A model generated the notes under the pieces. That model was not told where the DNA came from, did no database searches, and saw nothing but the letters and a program-made list of their open reading frames with translations. A stretch of 64,000 nucleotides of DNA, taken from positions 1,376 through 65,375 of the forward strand of contig JACQRW010000024.1 in NCBI GenBank assembly GCA_016206285.1. Direction: 5' to 3'. The translations under genes and the position numbers were made by a program. This document shows, one piece after another, positions 29,337 to 39,581 of this stretch. Positions within the stretch are counted from its first letter, which is position 1, and each line of letters starts with the position of its first letter. Source of the DNA: Candidatus Sungiibacteriota bacterium (GTDB lineage Bacteria; Patescibacteriota; Minisyncoccia; Sungbacterales; HO2-52-23).

Positions 29337-29342
29337 GTAGTT

Positions 29343-29396
29343 ATTACGACGAAAAGGGGCCCGAACGGTTAACTACCTAAGGCCCCCTTTTCTTTT
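29343..29396 (+). ncRNA. Candidate antisense hairpin RNA
   Basis: GAAAAGGGGCC...GGCCCCCTTTTC stem plus T-tract downstream of the promoter, overlapping the NYN stop. Confidence 0.45.
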
Positions 29397-29909
29397 GGCT
29401 ATTTTTTCTTTCACGCCGTTTCTGTCAAGGCCGTCAAAATATTTTCTCGTTATCTTCTTATACAACGAAGACGCTCTCTTAAAATCTGGAAATAAAATTT
29501 TCTCAAATCTTTTCTCTTCAATCAAGAACTCAACGAGCAGTTTATAGTCACCGTCTCCGGACACTAACACAACCTTATCAAAATTCTCTTTTCGATACAG
29601 TATTTTCATCACCGAGAAAACAATATCAGTGTCTACATTTCCCTTCTTGACGCCAAGCATCGCCGGATTATGTTCCCTAAATTTCAAAATGAACCCCGCT
29701 TCCTGTATTTCATCATAGAGGTCTTGATAATCCTCCTGTACGAAACCAAGAAAATAGTACGCTTTTTCTACTCCATACTTCTGCCGCAAATACACCCGAA
29801 ACCTCGTCAAATCAATACGCCACGGTTTGTCAGCCGTTGTGATGCTCATATACAAATTCTGCCCATCAACAAAAGCAATATTGTTTTGTTGTTTATCGCC
29901 CTTTGTCAT
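29373..29909 (-). CDS. NYN domain (PIN-like) ribonuclease
   Basis: FVDGQNL, KKGNVDTDI and LVSGDGDY motifs. Confidence 0.88.
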   Translation of the reverse strand: MTKGDKQQNNIAFVDGQNLYMSITTADKPWRIDLTRFRVYLRQKYGVEKAYYFLGFVQEDYQDLYDEIQEAGFILKFREHNPAMLGVKKGNVDTDIVFSVMKILYRKENFDKVVLVSGDGDYKLLVEFLIEEKRFEKILFPDFKRASSLYKKITRKYFDGLDRNGVKEKIAKRKGGLR

Positions 29910-29919
29910 ATTTTAAAAA

Positions 29920-31407
29920 CTACCCCAACAGTTTCTTCATGATTTCTTGCACCAATGCAGGATTGGCTTTGCCGCGGGTTTCTTTCATGACCTGGCCGAC
30001 GAGGAATTGGAGCACCGTAGTTTTGCCGGAGCGGTAGTCGGCAGCAACTTGAGGGTTTTCGGCAATGATGTGTGCCACAATATTTTCAAGATCGCCGGCA
30101 TCAGACATCTGCCAGAGTCCTTTTTCGTTGATGAATTCGGATGGGTCCGCGCCGGTGCGAAATGATTCTTCGAAGACCTCTTTTGCATTGGTGTTTGAGA
30201 TTTTGTTTTCCGATACCAAAACAACGATCTCGGCAAAATTTTCCGGTGTCAACAGTACTTCACTCACCGGAACCATCGTCTCTTTGAGCAAGCGCATAAA
30301 ATCTCCTACCATGAATGCACCAATGGTTTTGATAAGACTCTTTTTTGGCGCATCAGGAGTTTCTTTATCATGTTGCATTGCCTCGCTTACCACCGCCTCA
30401 AAATAATCACCAATTGCTTTTTCGCGTACGATGATTTGGGCATGATCTCCTTCAATGCCGTACTCTTTCATAAACCGCTCTTGTTTTGCGGCAGGCAACT
30501 CCGGCAAGTGGATGCGAATTTCTTCAACATACGCGGCGGACAAACGCAGCGGCGGCAGATCCGGCTCCGGAAAATACCGGTAGTCGTGCGCTTCTTCCTT
30601 GGAGCGCTGGGAAACGGAAATGCCTTTGTGTTCATTCCACCCGCGGGTTTCCTGTGCGATCTTCTCTCCCCTCTCCAACAGCTCGACTTGCCGCTTCATC
30701 TCGTATGCAGCGGCATCGGCGGCATATTTGAATGAGTTGATGTTTTTCACCTCCACCTTGGTGCCAAATTCTTTCTGCCCCACCGGCCGCATGGAGATAT
30801 TTACCTCCACGCGCATCTGTCCCTTTTCCATATTGGCATCTGATGCGCCCACATAACGTACGATCTGCTGCAATGCCTCGCCAAACTGCCGTACCTCCTC
30901 GCCTGTGCGGAAATCCGGCTCGGTCACCAGCTCCATAAGCGGCACGCCCGCACGATTGAAATCCACCAATGATGTTTTTCCGTCCTTGTCATGGCTAAGC
31001 CGCCCCGTATCTTCTTCCAGATGAATTCTGGTGACTCTGATTTTCTTTTTCTCTTGCTCTTTGTTATGTGTTCCTTGCGTCGTGATCTCCAAATACCCTC
31101 CGCTCACGATCGGATACTTATACTGTGAAATTTGATAGCCTTTCGGCAGATCGGGATAAAAATAATTTTTCCGGTCAAATTGGGAAAACTCCCCGATGGT
31201 TCCGTTGATTGCCAGACCCATGGCAATAACTTTCTTGACTGCATCCTCGTTGATAAACGGCAGCGTACCCGGATGTCCCATGCAGATGGGGCAGATATTG
31301 GTATTGGGGTGCTGCTCGTCCGGGTCATTGAGCGAGTAGCAGAACATTTTGGTCTTGGTATTGAGCTCGGCATGGATCTCCAAGCCGATTACAGCTTCGT
31401 ATTGCAT
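29920..31407 (-). CDS. gatB: Asp-tRNA(Asn)/Glu-tRNA(Gln) amidotransferase subunit B
   Basis: IGLEIHAEL, RKNYFYPDLPKGYQISQ, YRYFPEPDLPP, GKANP. Confidence 0.97.
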   Translation of the reverse strand: MQYEAVIGLEIHAELNTKTKMFCYSLNDPDEQHPNTNICPICMGHPGTLPFINEDAVKKVIAMGLAINGTIGEFSQFDRKNYFYPDLPKGYQISQYKYPIVSGGYLEITTQGTHNKEQEKKKIRVTRIHLEEDTGRLSHDKDGKTSLVDFNRAGVPLMELVTEPDFRTGEEVRQFGEALQQIVRYVGASDANMEKGQMRVEVNISMRPVGQKEFGTKVEVKNINSFKYAADAAAYEMKRQVELLERGEKIAQETRGWNEHKGISVSQRSKEEAHDYRYFPEPDLPPLRLSAAYVEEIRIHLPELPAAKQERFMKEYGIEGDHAQIIVREKAIGDYFEAVVSEAMQHDKETPDAPKKSLIKTIGAFMVGDFMRLLKETMVPVSEVLLTPENFAEIVVLVSENKISNTNAKEVFEESFRTGADPSEFINEKGLWQMSDAGDLENIVAHIIAENPQVAADYRSGKTTVLQFLVGQVMKETRGKANPALVQEIMKKLLG

Positions 31408-31514
31408 ATATCAAAGAATAGCACAAAATCAGGACAAGCAAAAATTGACTGAATCGGCAGGATATGTCATGTATAAAGACAATCTGGCCTTTTAAAAATG
31501 AAAAGGAGCATAAA

Positions 31515-32807
31515 ATGGAACGAATCCGCGTATACGCGATTGGCATGGGAGCAGTAACGCCTGTAGGAAATTCAGTTCCGATTATGTGGAATAATCTTCT
31601 CAATGGAGCCAGTGGAATCGGGTATAACACATTTAGTTCATACCGGCGCGTGACTCAAGATGAATATGACAATCCGACAGAAGACCTCTATTTCCAAAAC
31701 AGCATTGCCGCAGAAGTAAAGGACTTTGATCCGGAACAATGGATAGATAAAAAAGACATACGGCGCTTTGATCCATTTGCTCAATTTGCCATTGCCGCAG
31801 CGGACGAGGCAGTACAACAAGCAGGATTATTGGAAATTACCAATGGAAACAGAAATCGCTGGGGAGTCTTTATCGGAAGCGGCAACGGAGGACAAGCCAC
31901 GAATGAATATTATCACGACCTTATGCGTGCAAAAGGAGCGCGTTCTGTAAGTTCTTTTATGGTGCCGGGTATTATGCTCAACGCCGCAACTGCCGCTGTT
32001 GCACGAATCTACGGTTGCCAAGGAGACAGTGCAACACTGACATCGGCATGCGCAACAGGAGTTGATGTATTGGGACTGGCACTGGAAAGAATACGTCGGG
32101 GAAAAGTGGAGGTTGCCATAGCCGGCGCAAGCGATGCGGTTATCACCCCTCTGACTGTTGCAGGATTTGCCAATATGAAGGCGCTCTTGAAAACATATGA
32201 TGGCAACCCCAAAGAAAGCTCGCGGCCGTTTGACCGCGATCGCAAAGGTTTTGTCATGGGCGAAGGCGCGGGTATTATGGTGCTTGCATCGGAAAAATTT
32301 ATAGAAATACACCACCTCACTCCGTTGGCTGAAATCGCCGGATACGGCTGCGCACAGGACGCATATCATCTTACCGCTCCGGACCCGGACGGAACGTACG
32401 CGGCAAAAGCTATCCGCAATGCCCTTAATGATGCCGGCATCATACCGGACCAAATCGGCTATATCAACGCCCACGGAACCGGAACACCATTGAACGACAA
32501 AATGGAAACTATTGCTCTGAAACTTGCTCTTGGCAGAAGCATTGCAAGAGATATTCCCACCAGCTCGACGAAATCTATGATCGGCCACTTGATCGGCGCA
32601 GCCGGAGCGGTTGAAACAATCATTACCGCACTGACCCTTATATACGGGAAAGCCCATCCTACGCTCAATCTTGATAATGTAGGTCCCGAATGCGCGGGGC
32701 TTGACCATATCATCGATAGACCCCGTATGATACATACGGATTATGCTCTTAAAGACGCTTTTGGATTCGGCGGTACCAACTCCGCATTGATATTAAAACG
32801 AGTATAA
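31515..32807 (+). CDS. fabF: 3-oxoacyl-ACP synthase II
   Basis: TSACATG, SRPFDRDRKGFVMGEG, NAHGTGT, GHLIGAAG, FGFGGTN; AGGAG before ATG 31515. Confidence 0.9.
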   Translation: MERIRVYAIGMGAVTPVGNSVPIMWNNLLNGASGIGYNTFSSYRRVTQDEYDNPTEDLYFQNSIAAEVKDFDPEQWIDKKDIRRFDPFAQFAIAAADEAVQQAGLLEITNGNRNRWGVFIGSGNGGQATNEYYHDLMRAKGARSVSSFMVPGIMLNAATAAVARIYGCQGDSATLTSACATGVDVLGLALERIRRGKVEVAIAGASDAVITPLTVAGFANMKALLKTYDGNPKESSRPFDRDRKGFVMGEGAGIMVLASEKFIEIHHLTPLAEIAGYGCAQDAYHLTAPDPDGTYAAKAIRNALNDAGIIPDQIGYINAHGTGTPLNDKMETIALKLALGRSIARDIPTSSTKSMIGHLIGAAGAVETIITALTLIYGKAHPTLNLDNVGPECAGLDHIIDRPRMIHTDYALKDAFGFGGTNSALILKRV

Positions 32808-32916
32808 AGAATGCGCACGCCGCATTCTTTTTTCATTGCTCTGAAATAAGATTGGGGAATTCGGTTTTTTATAGTATAATTTATCTATTGTACTTTTTAT
32901 AAAAAGGAGGAGCAGC

Positions 32917-33228
32917 ATGAGACAAATTCTTTATTTGATACTTGCTCTTTTGATTATGGCGGCAATTGGTATCTTGATACCATTTCGCGCATATGGCGAG
33001 AATTTCGCCGATCTCAACATAACTGAATTTCAAGGCGGAATAATCAAATTTTCAGATTCCGCCAAACACCAAGGCGCAAAAAGACAGCCCAAGCACGGAA
33101 AAACCCGCAAAGATCAAACAAAGATCAATCCTCCGCAATCTCCACTATTGAGGTTGGAACAAACACCGGCGCCAAAACCAAAATTCTCTCCATTTCTTCG
33201 GCCGCTTCATCCGATCAGGCGCGCATAA
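32917..33228 (+). CDS. Hypothetical exported protein
   Basis: AGGAG RBS and signal-peptide-like N-terminus. Confidence 0.55.
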   Translation: MRQILYLILALLIMAAIGILIPFRAYGENFADLNITEFQGGIIKFSDSAKHQGAKRQPKHGKTRKDQTKINPPQSPLLRLEQTPAPKPKFSPFLRPLHPIRRA

Positions 33229-33317
33229 CTTCTGCAGGCACATAGAGTGCTTGCAATTTTTTTATTCCAAACCGGATTGCATTTTCCGGTATTTTTGGTA
33301 CGATACTCGGAGACATT

Positions 33318-33389
33318 GGTCCCATCGTCTATCGGTTAGGACATCACGCTTTCAATGTGAGAAGCCGGGTTCGACTCCCGGTGGGACCG
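33318..33389 (+). tRNA. tRNA-Glu(UUC)
   Basis: Cloverleaf; anticodon loop CT TTC AA. Confidence 0.93.
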
Positions 33390-33434
33390 TCCTTCGCTCA
33401 AGCTTCGAATGGCGAAGCCGCAAAAATTTCATCC

Positions 33435-33506
33435 GCGCCCGTAGCTCAGTGGTAGAGCGTTCCCTTGACATGGGAAAGGCCCGAAGTCCGATCCTTCGCG
33501 GGCGCA
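33435..33506 (+). tRNA. tRNA-Val(GAC)
   Basis: Cloverleaf; loop TT GAC AT; atypical T-loop GTCCGATC. Confidence 0.88.
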
Positions 33507-33582
33507 CCTCTTGCTTTTTCTACGCCATATATGATACATACAAATAAAGTATGGATTTTTGACATTAAAAAGGAGAAAAAGG

Positions 33583-33876
33583 ATGGCAACTCGCAAAGAT
33601 ATCAATGCCGTCGCACAAAAATTGAATATCATGGTTGACGGCAAGACCGATGCAACAGCCGCACAATTGATTCTTGACTATCAGACCAATGACCGCTCGC
33701 GAGAGATTCAGAAATTATTTTCTCAACATCATCTTACTGTGGCTATACTTCAAGTAATCGCAACTTCGGACAACCACACCACGGTGACTCATAATCCGAT
33801 AGACCGTGGCAACGGCAAAAAGAAAAACGGAAAACATCTGAGCAGAGATCGTGGCTCAAGAATGGCCCGGCGATGA
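33583..33876 (+). CDS. Hypothetical protein
   Basis: ORF with AGGAG upstream; no motif recognised. Confidence 0.45.
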   Translation: MATRKDINAVAQKLNIMVDGKTDATAAQLILDYQTNDRSREIQKLFSQHHLTVAILQVIATSDNHTTVTHNPIDRGNGKKKNGKHLSRDRGSRMARR

Positions 33877-34158
33877 AACATTTTTTTGAAGGCACAAGGG
33901 CATACCAGCTTTCCATCGTCGTTCTCATGCTGTACCAAAATAGGGCGATACTGATCGACAAGCCTTTCCCAGAAACGAAAAAACGGATTGCCTCCAAACC
34001 CCTATCCAGTAGGACATATCGGCATATTGCGCACGGACGCATGAGCTCGTGGAAACGATAGCCATCCTATTTTCTTTCTGTATACGCGGCCAGACGTGAT
34101 CTGGACGCGTTTTCTTTTTGCATCGCGAGTAAAATATGCTATATTTGAAACAATATAT

Positions 34159-34938
34159 ATGCCAACGTACCATACAATTGAGGATGAGTGGCTGGCGTTT
34201 CTTACCGGAGAACATAAAGAACTCAAACGCGGAAGAAAAATATTCCGACTGATCCCCTCCCACCCGCGGTGCAAATGGTGCAGCGCGCCATTTGGCATAC
34301 CCGGGAAATTCATCTCGCAATTACTCGGTAAGCGGCCGGAGCGCAAGAACCCGAATTTTTGCAATGCGTGCTTTTCCACGCTTAAGATTGGCGGCGCGGA
34401 GATTGAGCTGTCGTTTTTGTTCGCAGATGTGCGCGGATCCACCGCCCTTGCCGAGCGCATTGGCCCTGCGGCGTTTCGTAATTTATTGAACAGATTTTAT
34501 GGGATCGCGGTAGATGTCCTGCTTGCGCAGGATGCTTTGGTGGACAAATTTGTGGGAGATGAGGTGATCGGCCTTTTTATACCGGCGCTTTCGGGCAAAG
34601 ACCATGCCAACCGCGCAATCGAGGCAGCGCAAGAGCTGCTCCGCCGCACAGGCCATGGCGCGGGCAAAGAACCATGGCTTCCCATCGGCGCGGGCGTGCA
34701 TACCGGCATTGCTTTTGTCGGAGCAGTGGGCGATGAAAATGGCGTGCGCGATCTAACCGCGCTCGGCGACCCGGTCAACACAGCCGCACGTCTGGCATCA
34801 GTTGCGGCTGCCGGAGAGATTTTGGTAAGCGATACCGCACTGTCACAGGCAGGCATTGACGCGGGTGACAGAGAACAACGCAATCTCGCTCTCAAAGGCA
34901 AGAGTGAGACTGTTGCCGTACATGTATTGACCGTATGA
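34159..34938 (+). CDS. Class III adenylate/guanylate cyclase with N-terminal Zn-finger
   Basis: FLFADVRGST, DKFVGDEV, GDPVNTAARL; CKWC...CNAC. Confidence 0.9.
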   Translation: MPTYHTIEDEWLAFLTGEHKELKRGRKIFRLIPSHPRCKWCSAPFGIPGKFISQLLGKRPERKNPNFCNACFSTLKIGGAEIELSFLFADVRGSTALAERIGPAAFRNLLNRFYGIAVDVLLAQDALVDKFVGDEVIGLFIPALSGKDHANRAIEAAQELLRRTGHGAGKEPWLPIGAGVHTGIAFVGAVGDENGVRDLTALGDPVNTAARLASVAAAGEILVSDTALSQAGIDAGDREQRNLALKGKSETVAVHVLTV

Positions 34939-34969
34939 CCGCAAAAACCTATACTGCATAAGGTTCTGA

Positions 34970-35044
34970 GGGCGCTTAGCTCAGTGGTAGAGCGTCTCGT
35001 TTACACCGAGAAGGCCCAAGGTTCGATCCCTTGAGCGCCCACCA
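34970..35044 (+). tRNA. tRNA-Val(UAC)
   Basis: Cloverleaf; loop TT TAC AC; CCA encoded. Confidence 0.94.
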
Positions 35045-35066
35045 TTCGATTAACTCATGACAGGCC

Positions 35067-36308
35067 ATGGATTCCTATCAGTATCTTATTATCGGTGGAG
35101 GCATTGCCGGGGTGACGGCTGCGGAGACCATCCGCGAGCAAAATCCGGATGCGACTATCGGCATTGTCACGCACGAGCCGTATCCGCTATACTCGCGCGT
35201 GCTGCTGCCGACATACCTGAAACGGAAAATCCCGCGGGAAAAATTGTTTCTGCGCACCATTGACGATTTTATCGAATCACGCATCGAATTGCGCCTGCAG
35301 GAAACCGTAACGTCCGTAGACGAAAAGCGCCGCGAAGTCACCCTGCACAACGGCGCAACCCTCGGGTACCAAAAACTTCTGCTCGCAAGCGGCGGACGCG
35401 CCAGGCCATGGGGCAAGCCAGAAGACGAATCGATAATCTACCGGCTGCAGACTATTGACGACGCAGACCGGCTGTTTAGCGCCCTCGCCGATGTCAGGAA
35501 CCCTCTGGTGATCGGCTCATCATTTATCTCGCTTGAATTTTTGGAGATTTTCCTTATCAATAACATAGCGCCCGCACTGCTCATGCGCGACGAGTACTTT
35601 TTTATGCCGTACCTTGAGGAGACCGGCGGCGAACTGATGCGAGCTCATTTTCAGCGGCACCATATTACCCTCTATGAACACGACGAGATTGCAAAAATAC
35701 AACATAACCAACACGGCCTTACCATTTTGACCAAGAAACAGCAGCTCATACCGTGCGATGCGCTTGCGGTCGGCATCGGCATTGAGCGAAATCTCGAATT
35801 TGCGCGTGCTGCAAATATATTGCGCGGCGATACCGGCATACGCGTCAACGAGTTTTTTGAAACCAATCAGGAAAATATCTATGCAGCCGGAGACATTGCC
35901 GAAATGATGAACCCGGCCACCGGAAACTGGCACGCAACCGGCAACTGGACCAGCGCCTTTTTGCAGGGCAAGCATGCCGGACTGAACATGGCCGGAGCGC
36001 GAAAACCTTTCGCTGACATTCCATCCTACTCTATTACTAATCTTGGCCTTCAGATCACCATGATCGGAGACTGTCTCCCTATGGGCGATCCTCCGACTGC
36101 CGACGCTATCGTCCGCATCAATCCTGATACCAATGAATACGAACGGCTTTTTCTTGCGGACGGAGCACTCAAAGGAGCGGTGCTCATCAACCGATTCAAA
36201 GACCGGGCGCATATCACGCAATTGATCAAATCACAACAAAAACTTGATGCGTACCGGGACAAACTGGCATCGTTTCAGTTTGACATAACGTCAATTCCAA
36301 TGGTATAA
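35067..36308 (+). CDS. NAD(P)/FAD-dependent pyridine nucleotide-disulphide oxidoreductase family protein
   Basis: IIGGGIAG, YSRVLLP, LLLASGG, IYAAGDIA. Confidence 0.88.
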   Translation: MDSYQYLIIGGGIAGVTAAETIREQNPDATIGIVTHEPYPLYSRVLLPTYLKRKIPREKLFLRTIDDFIESRIELRLQETVTSVDEKRREVTLHNGATLGYQKLLLASGGRARPWGKPEDESIIYRLQTIDDADRLFSALADVRNPLVIGSSFISLEFLEIFLINNIAPALLMRDEYFFMPYLEETGGELMRAHFQRHHITLYEHDEIAKIQHNQHGLTILTKKQQLIPCDALAVGIGIERNLEFARAANILRGDTGIRVNEFFETNQENIYAAGDIAEMMNPATGNWHATGNWTSAFLQGKHAGLNMAGARKPFADIPSYSITNLGLQITMIGDCLPMGDPPTADAIVRINPDTNEYERLFLADGALKGAVLINRFKDRAHITQLIKSQQKLDAYRDKLASFQFDITSIPMV

Positions 36309-36338
36309 TTTTCAGTAATAAGGAGATCAATTATTTTT

Positions 36339-36449
36339 TGTCATTCCCGCGAAAGCGGGAATCCAGGAGGTATGGTTCCCCGCTTTCGCCTGCCTGCCGG
36401 TAGGCATGGCGAGGACAAGCCTGGATTCCCGATCAAGTCGGGAATGACA
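36339..36449. repeat. REP-like composite palindrome
   Basis: TGTCATTCCCGCGAAAGCGGGAATCCAGG ... CCTGGATTCCCGATCAAGTCGGGAATGACA with nested CCTGCCTGCCGGTAGGCA. Confidence 0.75.
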
Positions 36450-36460
36450 TAGGCATTACT

Positions 36461-37201
36461 ATGGAAGATCAAAACGCTCAGCAGTATGAAACACCGCAGG
36501 CAACCCCGGAAGTCCGGCCAACGCCAAACCCGTTACTTGTTCCCATCGCAATTATTATTGCCGGAGCGCTGATCGGCGGCTCGGTACTGTATTCAAATTC
36601 GAGCAGGCGGCCGGCACCGCAGCTCGGTGCAGCAAACACCGGAAAAGCAGTGGACAACGCGGAACTCCTGAAGCAGGCGCAAAATGATTCCCGATCGCTC
36701 GGAAACCCGGATGCGCCCGTTACTATTGTCGAGTTCGCGGACTTCCAGTGTCCGTTCTGCGGAAAGTTTTTCCGGGAAAGCGGGACCAAAATCATTGATC
36801 AGTACGTCAAAACCGGCAAAGTGCGTTTCGTGTACCGCGACTTCGCATTCCTCGGACCTGAATCCACTATGACCGCGGAAGCAAGCCGCTGCGCCCAAGA
36901 CCAGCAGGCGTTTTGGCAATACCATGATTATGTTTTCAGCCATCAACAGGGAGAAAACCAGGGAGCGTTTTCCAAAGAAAACCTGAAGGGCTTTGCCGCC
37001 ATACTCAAGCTTGATACGCAAAAATTCAACGCGTGCCTCGACACAGGCACGCACCGTGACGAAGTGCAGAAAGATCTTGAACTCGGGCGTTCGCTGGGTG
37101 TAGACGGCACTCCGTCCACGTTTGTGAATGACAAATTTTTCAACGGTGCACTCCCGTTTGAAGAGTTTAAAAAAGCAATTGAAGCGGAACTTGCCAAATA
37201 G
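36461..37201 (+). CDS. DsbA-family thioredoxin-fold protein
   Basis: EFADFQCPFC and GTP motifs; N-terminal TM. Confidence 0.9.
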   Translation: MEDQNAQQYETPQATPEVRPTPNPLLVPIAIIIAGALIGGSVLYSNSSRRPAPQLGAANTGKAVDNAELLKQAQNDSRSLGNPDAPVTIVEFADFQCPFCGKFFRESGTKIIDQYVKTGKVRFVYRDFAFLGPESTMTAEASRCAQDQQAFWQYHDYVFSHQQGENQGAFSKENLKGFAAILKLDTQKFNACLDTGTHRDEVQKDLELGRSLGVDGTPSTFVNDKFFNGALPFEEFKKAIEAELAK

Positions 37202-37257
37202 GAACAGAATGACAAAACCCGATATGCCCGCGTTCTATCCACAGACGCATATTTTTC

Positions 37258-37848
37258 ATGAAGAAGTCATACCTGGATGAAGCCGATGAATACAAAGATC
37301 CGAGCGATCTGAAAGACGAGGAAATTCTCCGGGCGGCGCAAGACGAGCCCGCACTTTTCGAGGTGCTGGTCGAGCGGTATCGGTCTCCGCTCCTGCGTGC
37401 GGCACTGCGCATAGTCAAAGGCCGGGAAGAGGCTGAGGATATCGTGCAGGAAGCGTTTGTAAAAATCTATAAAAATGCGCACCAGTTCCAAAAACTTGAA
37501 GGCATTGAGTTCAAATCGTGGGCATATAAGGTGGCGATCAATACTGCCATCACCCACTACCGCAAGCTCAAGCGCGGAGAATTTTTAAGCGAAGACCCGA
37601 GTGTGTTCGAGAAGCCCTCTGAAGAACAGTTTGACCGGCATCTGCACGAGCGCGCCGATGCAAAAAGCGCAATCGCCGAAACGCTTGCCAAAGTGCCGGA
37701 ACACTTGCGCAGCGTACTCGAAGCGTACTATTTTGAAGACAAATCGTACCAGACTATCGCCCAAGAACACAATATCTCGATTCCCACATTGAAAATGCGC
37801 CTGTTCCGGGCAAAAAAAGTTTTTAAAAAATTAAGCGACATTGGATAA
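37258..37848 (+). CDS. ECF RNA polymerase sigma factor
   Basis: AEDIVQEAFVKIY, FKSWAY, SYQTIA...TLKMRLFRAK. Confidence 0.9.
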   Translation: MKKSYLDEADEYKDPSDLKDEEILRAAQDEPALFEVLVERYRSPLLRAALRIVKGREEAEDIVQEAFVKIYKNAHQFQKLEGIEFKSWAYKVAINTAITHYRKLKRGEFLSEDPSVFEKPSEEQFDRHLHERADAKSAIAETLAKVPEHLRSVLEAYYFEDKSYQTIAQEHNISIPTLKMRLFRAKKVFKKLSDIG

Positions 37849-38257
37849 CGAAAACAATACTATGAATACCATTCAAACGCCGATTCGCGGCGAACAAGAC
37901 TCGACCGCAACAAAATTCAACGGGCAGATTCTGCAAAGCGTGTACCGGGTATGGCTTTTCCGCAAGCTTCTGCCCGTGCTTATCGGCGAGATTATTTTTC
38001 TCTCCCTGCTGCTCTACGGCATCGGGCGGCTGGTCTTTGTCGAGCGCGTGATCGGCAACGGTTTTAACGTGCTTTTTCTGAACCCGACTGGCATTTTCCT
38101 GTTCGGATTTGACGCATTCAGCCACGCAACCGGAGTAACTAAATTGCTGGCCATCGCCATTGTTATTCTTGCGGCACTCGTGATCCGCCATATCACGCAG
38201 GGCATGCTCCGCCTGATCCTGGTACGCCAGAATTATTTCGGCCAAATCCGGAAATGA
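37841..38257 (+). CDS. Membrane protein coupled to the ECF sigma (anti-sigma candidate)
   Basis: Overlaps the sigma stop; 2-3 TM segments. Confidence 0.6.
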   Translation: MDNENNTMNTIQTPIRGEQDSTATKFNGQILQSVYRVWLFRKLLPVLIGEIIFLSLLLYGIGRLVFVERVIGNGFNVLFLNPTGIFLFGFDAFSHATGVTKLLAIAIVILAALVIRHITQGMLRLILVRQNYFGQIRK

Positions 38258-38988
38258 CTCCTCTTGAAATTATCTACGCCGATCAGCATATGATCGTGAT
38301 TAACAAACCCCCGGGCATTGCCGTGCACGGGGGTGTTTCGGTTTTTGGCGAGACGCTGGTTGATTCCCTGCTTCAACAATTTCCCGAAATCCGCACAGTC
38401 GGAGACGACTCCACAATTCGCCCGGGCATCGTGCACCGGCTCGATAAAGATACGTCCGGCATCATGGTGATAGCACGAACCCAGGAAAGTTTTGAAATCC
38501 TCAAAAATATTTTCAAGACTAGGCAAGTGCAAAAAACATACCTTGCGATTATCTGCGGCAACCCAAAACAAAAAACCGGCATAATCACGTTCCCCATCGG
38601 CCGGCTCATAAAAAACCCATTAAAACGAGGCGCTGATACTCCCGGGCGCCCAACCGTAATCCGGGGAGCGCGTGAAGCTTACACGGAGTACCGGGTGCTC
38701 AAAACCGGACAGACATATTCCCTGATTGAACTTAAGCCCAAAACCGGGCGCATGCACCAGCTGCGCGTGCATCTCAAAGCACTCGGAACTCCCATTGCCT
38801 GCGATCGTATCTACGGCGGCAAGCAGGTGTGCTGCCCAACTCCCAATGGTCGCCAGCTTCTCCACGCCCAGTCCCTTACTTTCAGCTTTCCCGATGCCGG
38901 CAGCCTCTTTTTCGAAGCCGACCCGCCCGAAGATTTCAGACTTGCCCTGAATGCAATTGAAGGGCTTGCACAAGAGCTGATTGCATGA
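38254..38988 (+). CDS. RluA/RluD-family pseudouridine synthase
   Basis: NKPPG, HRLDKDTSG, TGRMHQLRVH. Confidence 0.92.
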   Translation: MTPLEIIYADQHMIVINKPPGIAVHGGVSVFGETLVDSLLQQFPEIRTVGDDSTIRPGIVHRLDKDTSGIMVIARTQESFEILKNIFKTRQVQKTYLAIICGNPKQKTGIITFPIGRLIKNPLKRGADTPGRPTVIRGAREAYTEYRVLKTGQTYSLIELKPKTGRMHQLRVHLKALGTPIACDRIYGGKQVCCPTPNGRQLLHAQSLTFSFPDAGSLFFEADPPEDFRLALNAIEGLAQELIA

Positions 38989-39003
38989 TATATATATCTT
39001 TAT

Positions 39004-39420
39004 ATGACAACAACCATTGAACAAACCAATTTGCGTGCAAATCTGCCAGAACTGCGGCCCGGCGACCTGGTGCGCGTGCATCAAAAAATCAAAGAGGGCG
39101 AAAAGGAGCGGATCAGTATTTTTGAAGGCCTGGTTATCGCGACAAAACACGGAACAGGCGTTTCAGCTACGCTTACCGTACGGAAAGTAGTGGACGGGAT
39201 CGGCGTGGAGCGCGTGTTTCCGATCCACTCCCCCCGCATAGACAAAATCGAGGTTGTGCGCCGATCAAAAGTGGGACGTGCCAAGCTCTATTACATCCGC
39301 GACAAGGCGGCTCGCGAGGTGCGCCGCAAAATGCGCACGCTCCGGCTTGAAACTCCCATAACGCCGGCGGAAGAGTCAATCACAAACGAAGAAGTTGAGG
39401 CAGCAGCGCCGACCGAATAA
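39004..39420 (+). CDS. rplS: 50S ribosomal protein L19
   Basis: [31 protein letters not shown]. Confidence 0.97.
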   Translation: MTTTIEQTNLRANLPELRPGDLVRVHQKIKEGEKERISIFEGLVIATKHGTGVSATLTVRKVVDGIGVERVFPIHSPRIDKIEVVRRSKVGRAKLYYIRDKAAREVRRKMRTLRLETPITPAEESITNEEVEAAAPTE

Positions 39421-39433
39421 GTCGGTGCCTTGC

Positions 39434-39520
39434 GCGCGGGTGGCGAAATTGGCAGACGCACTACCTTGAGGTGGTAGCGGGGGCAACCCCTTGGAGGTTC
39501 GAGTCCTCTCCCGCGCACCA
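39434..39520 (+). tRNA. tRNA-Leu(GAG)
   Basis: Type II cloverleaf; loop TT GAG GT; CCA encoded. Confidence 0.94.
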
Positions 39521-39581
39521 GTAGTAAATTTTATCAAATAAATAGCCCGCCGCGGAAATACCGGGCGGGTTTTTGTTTTCA

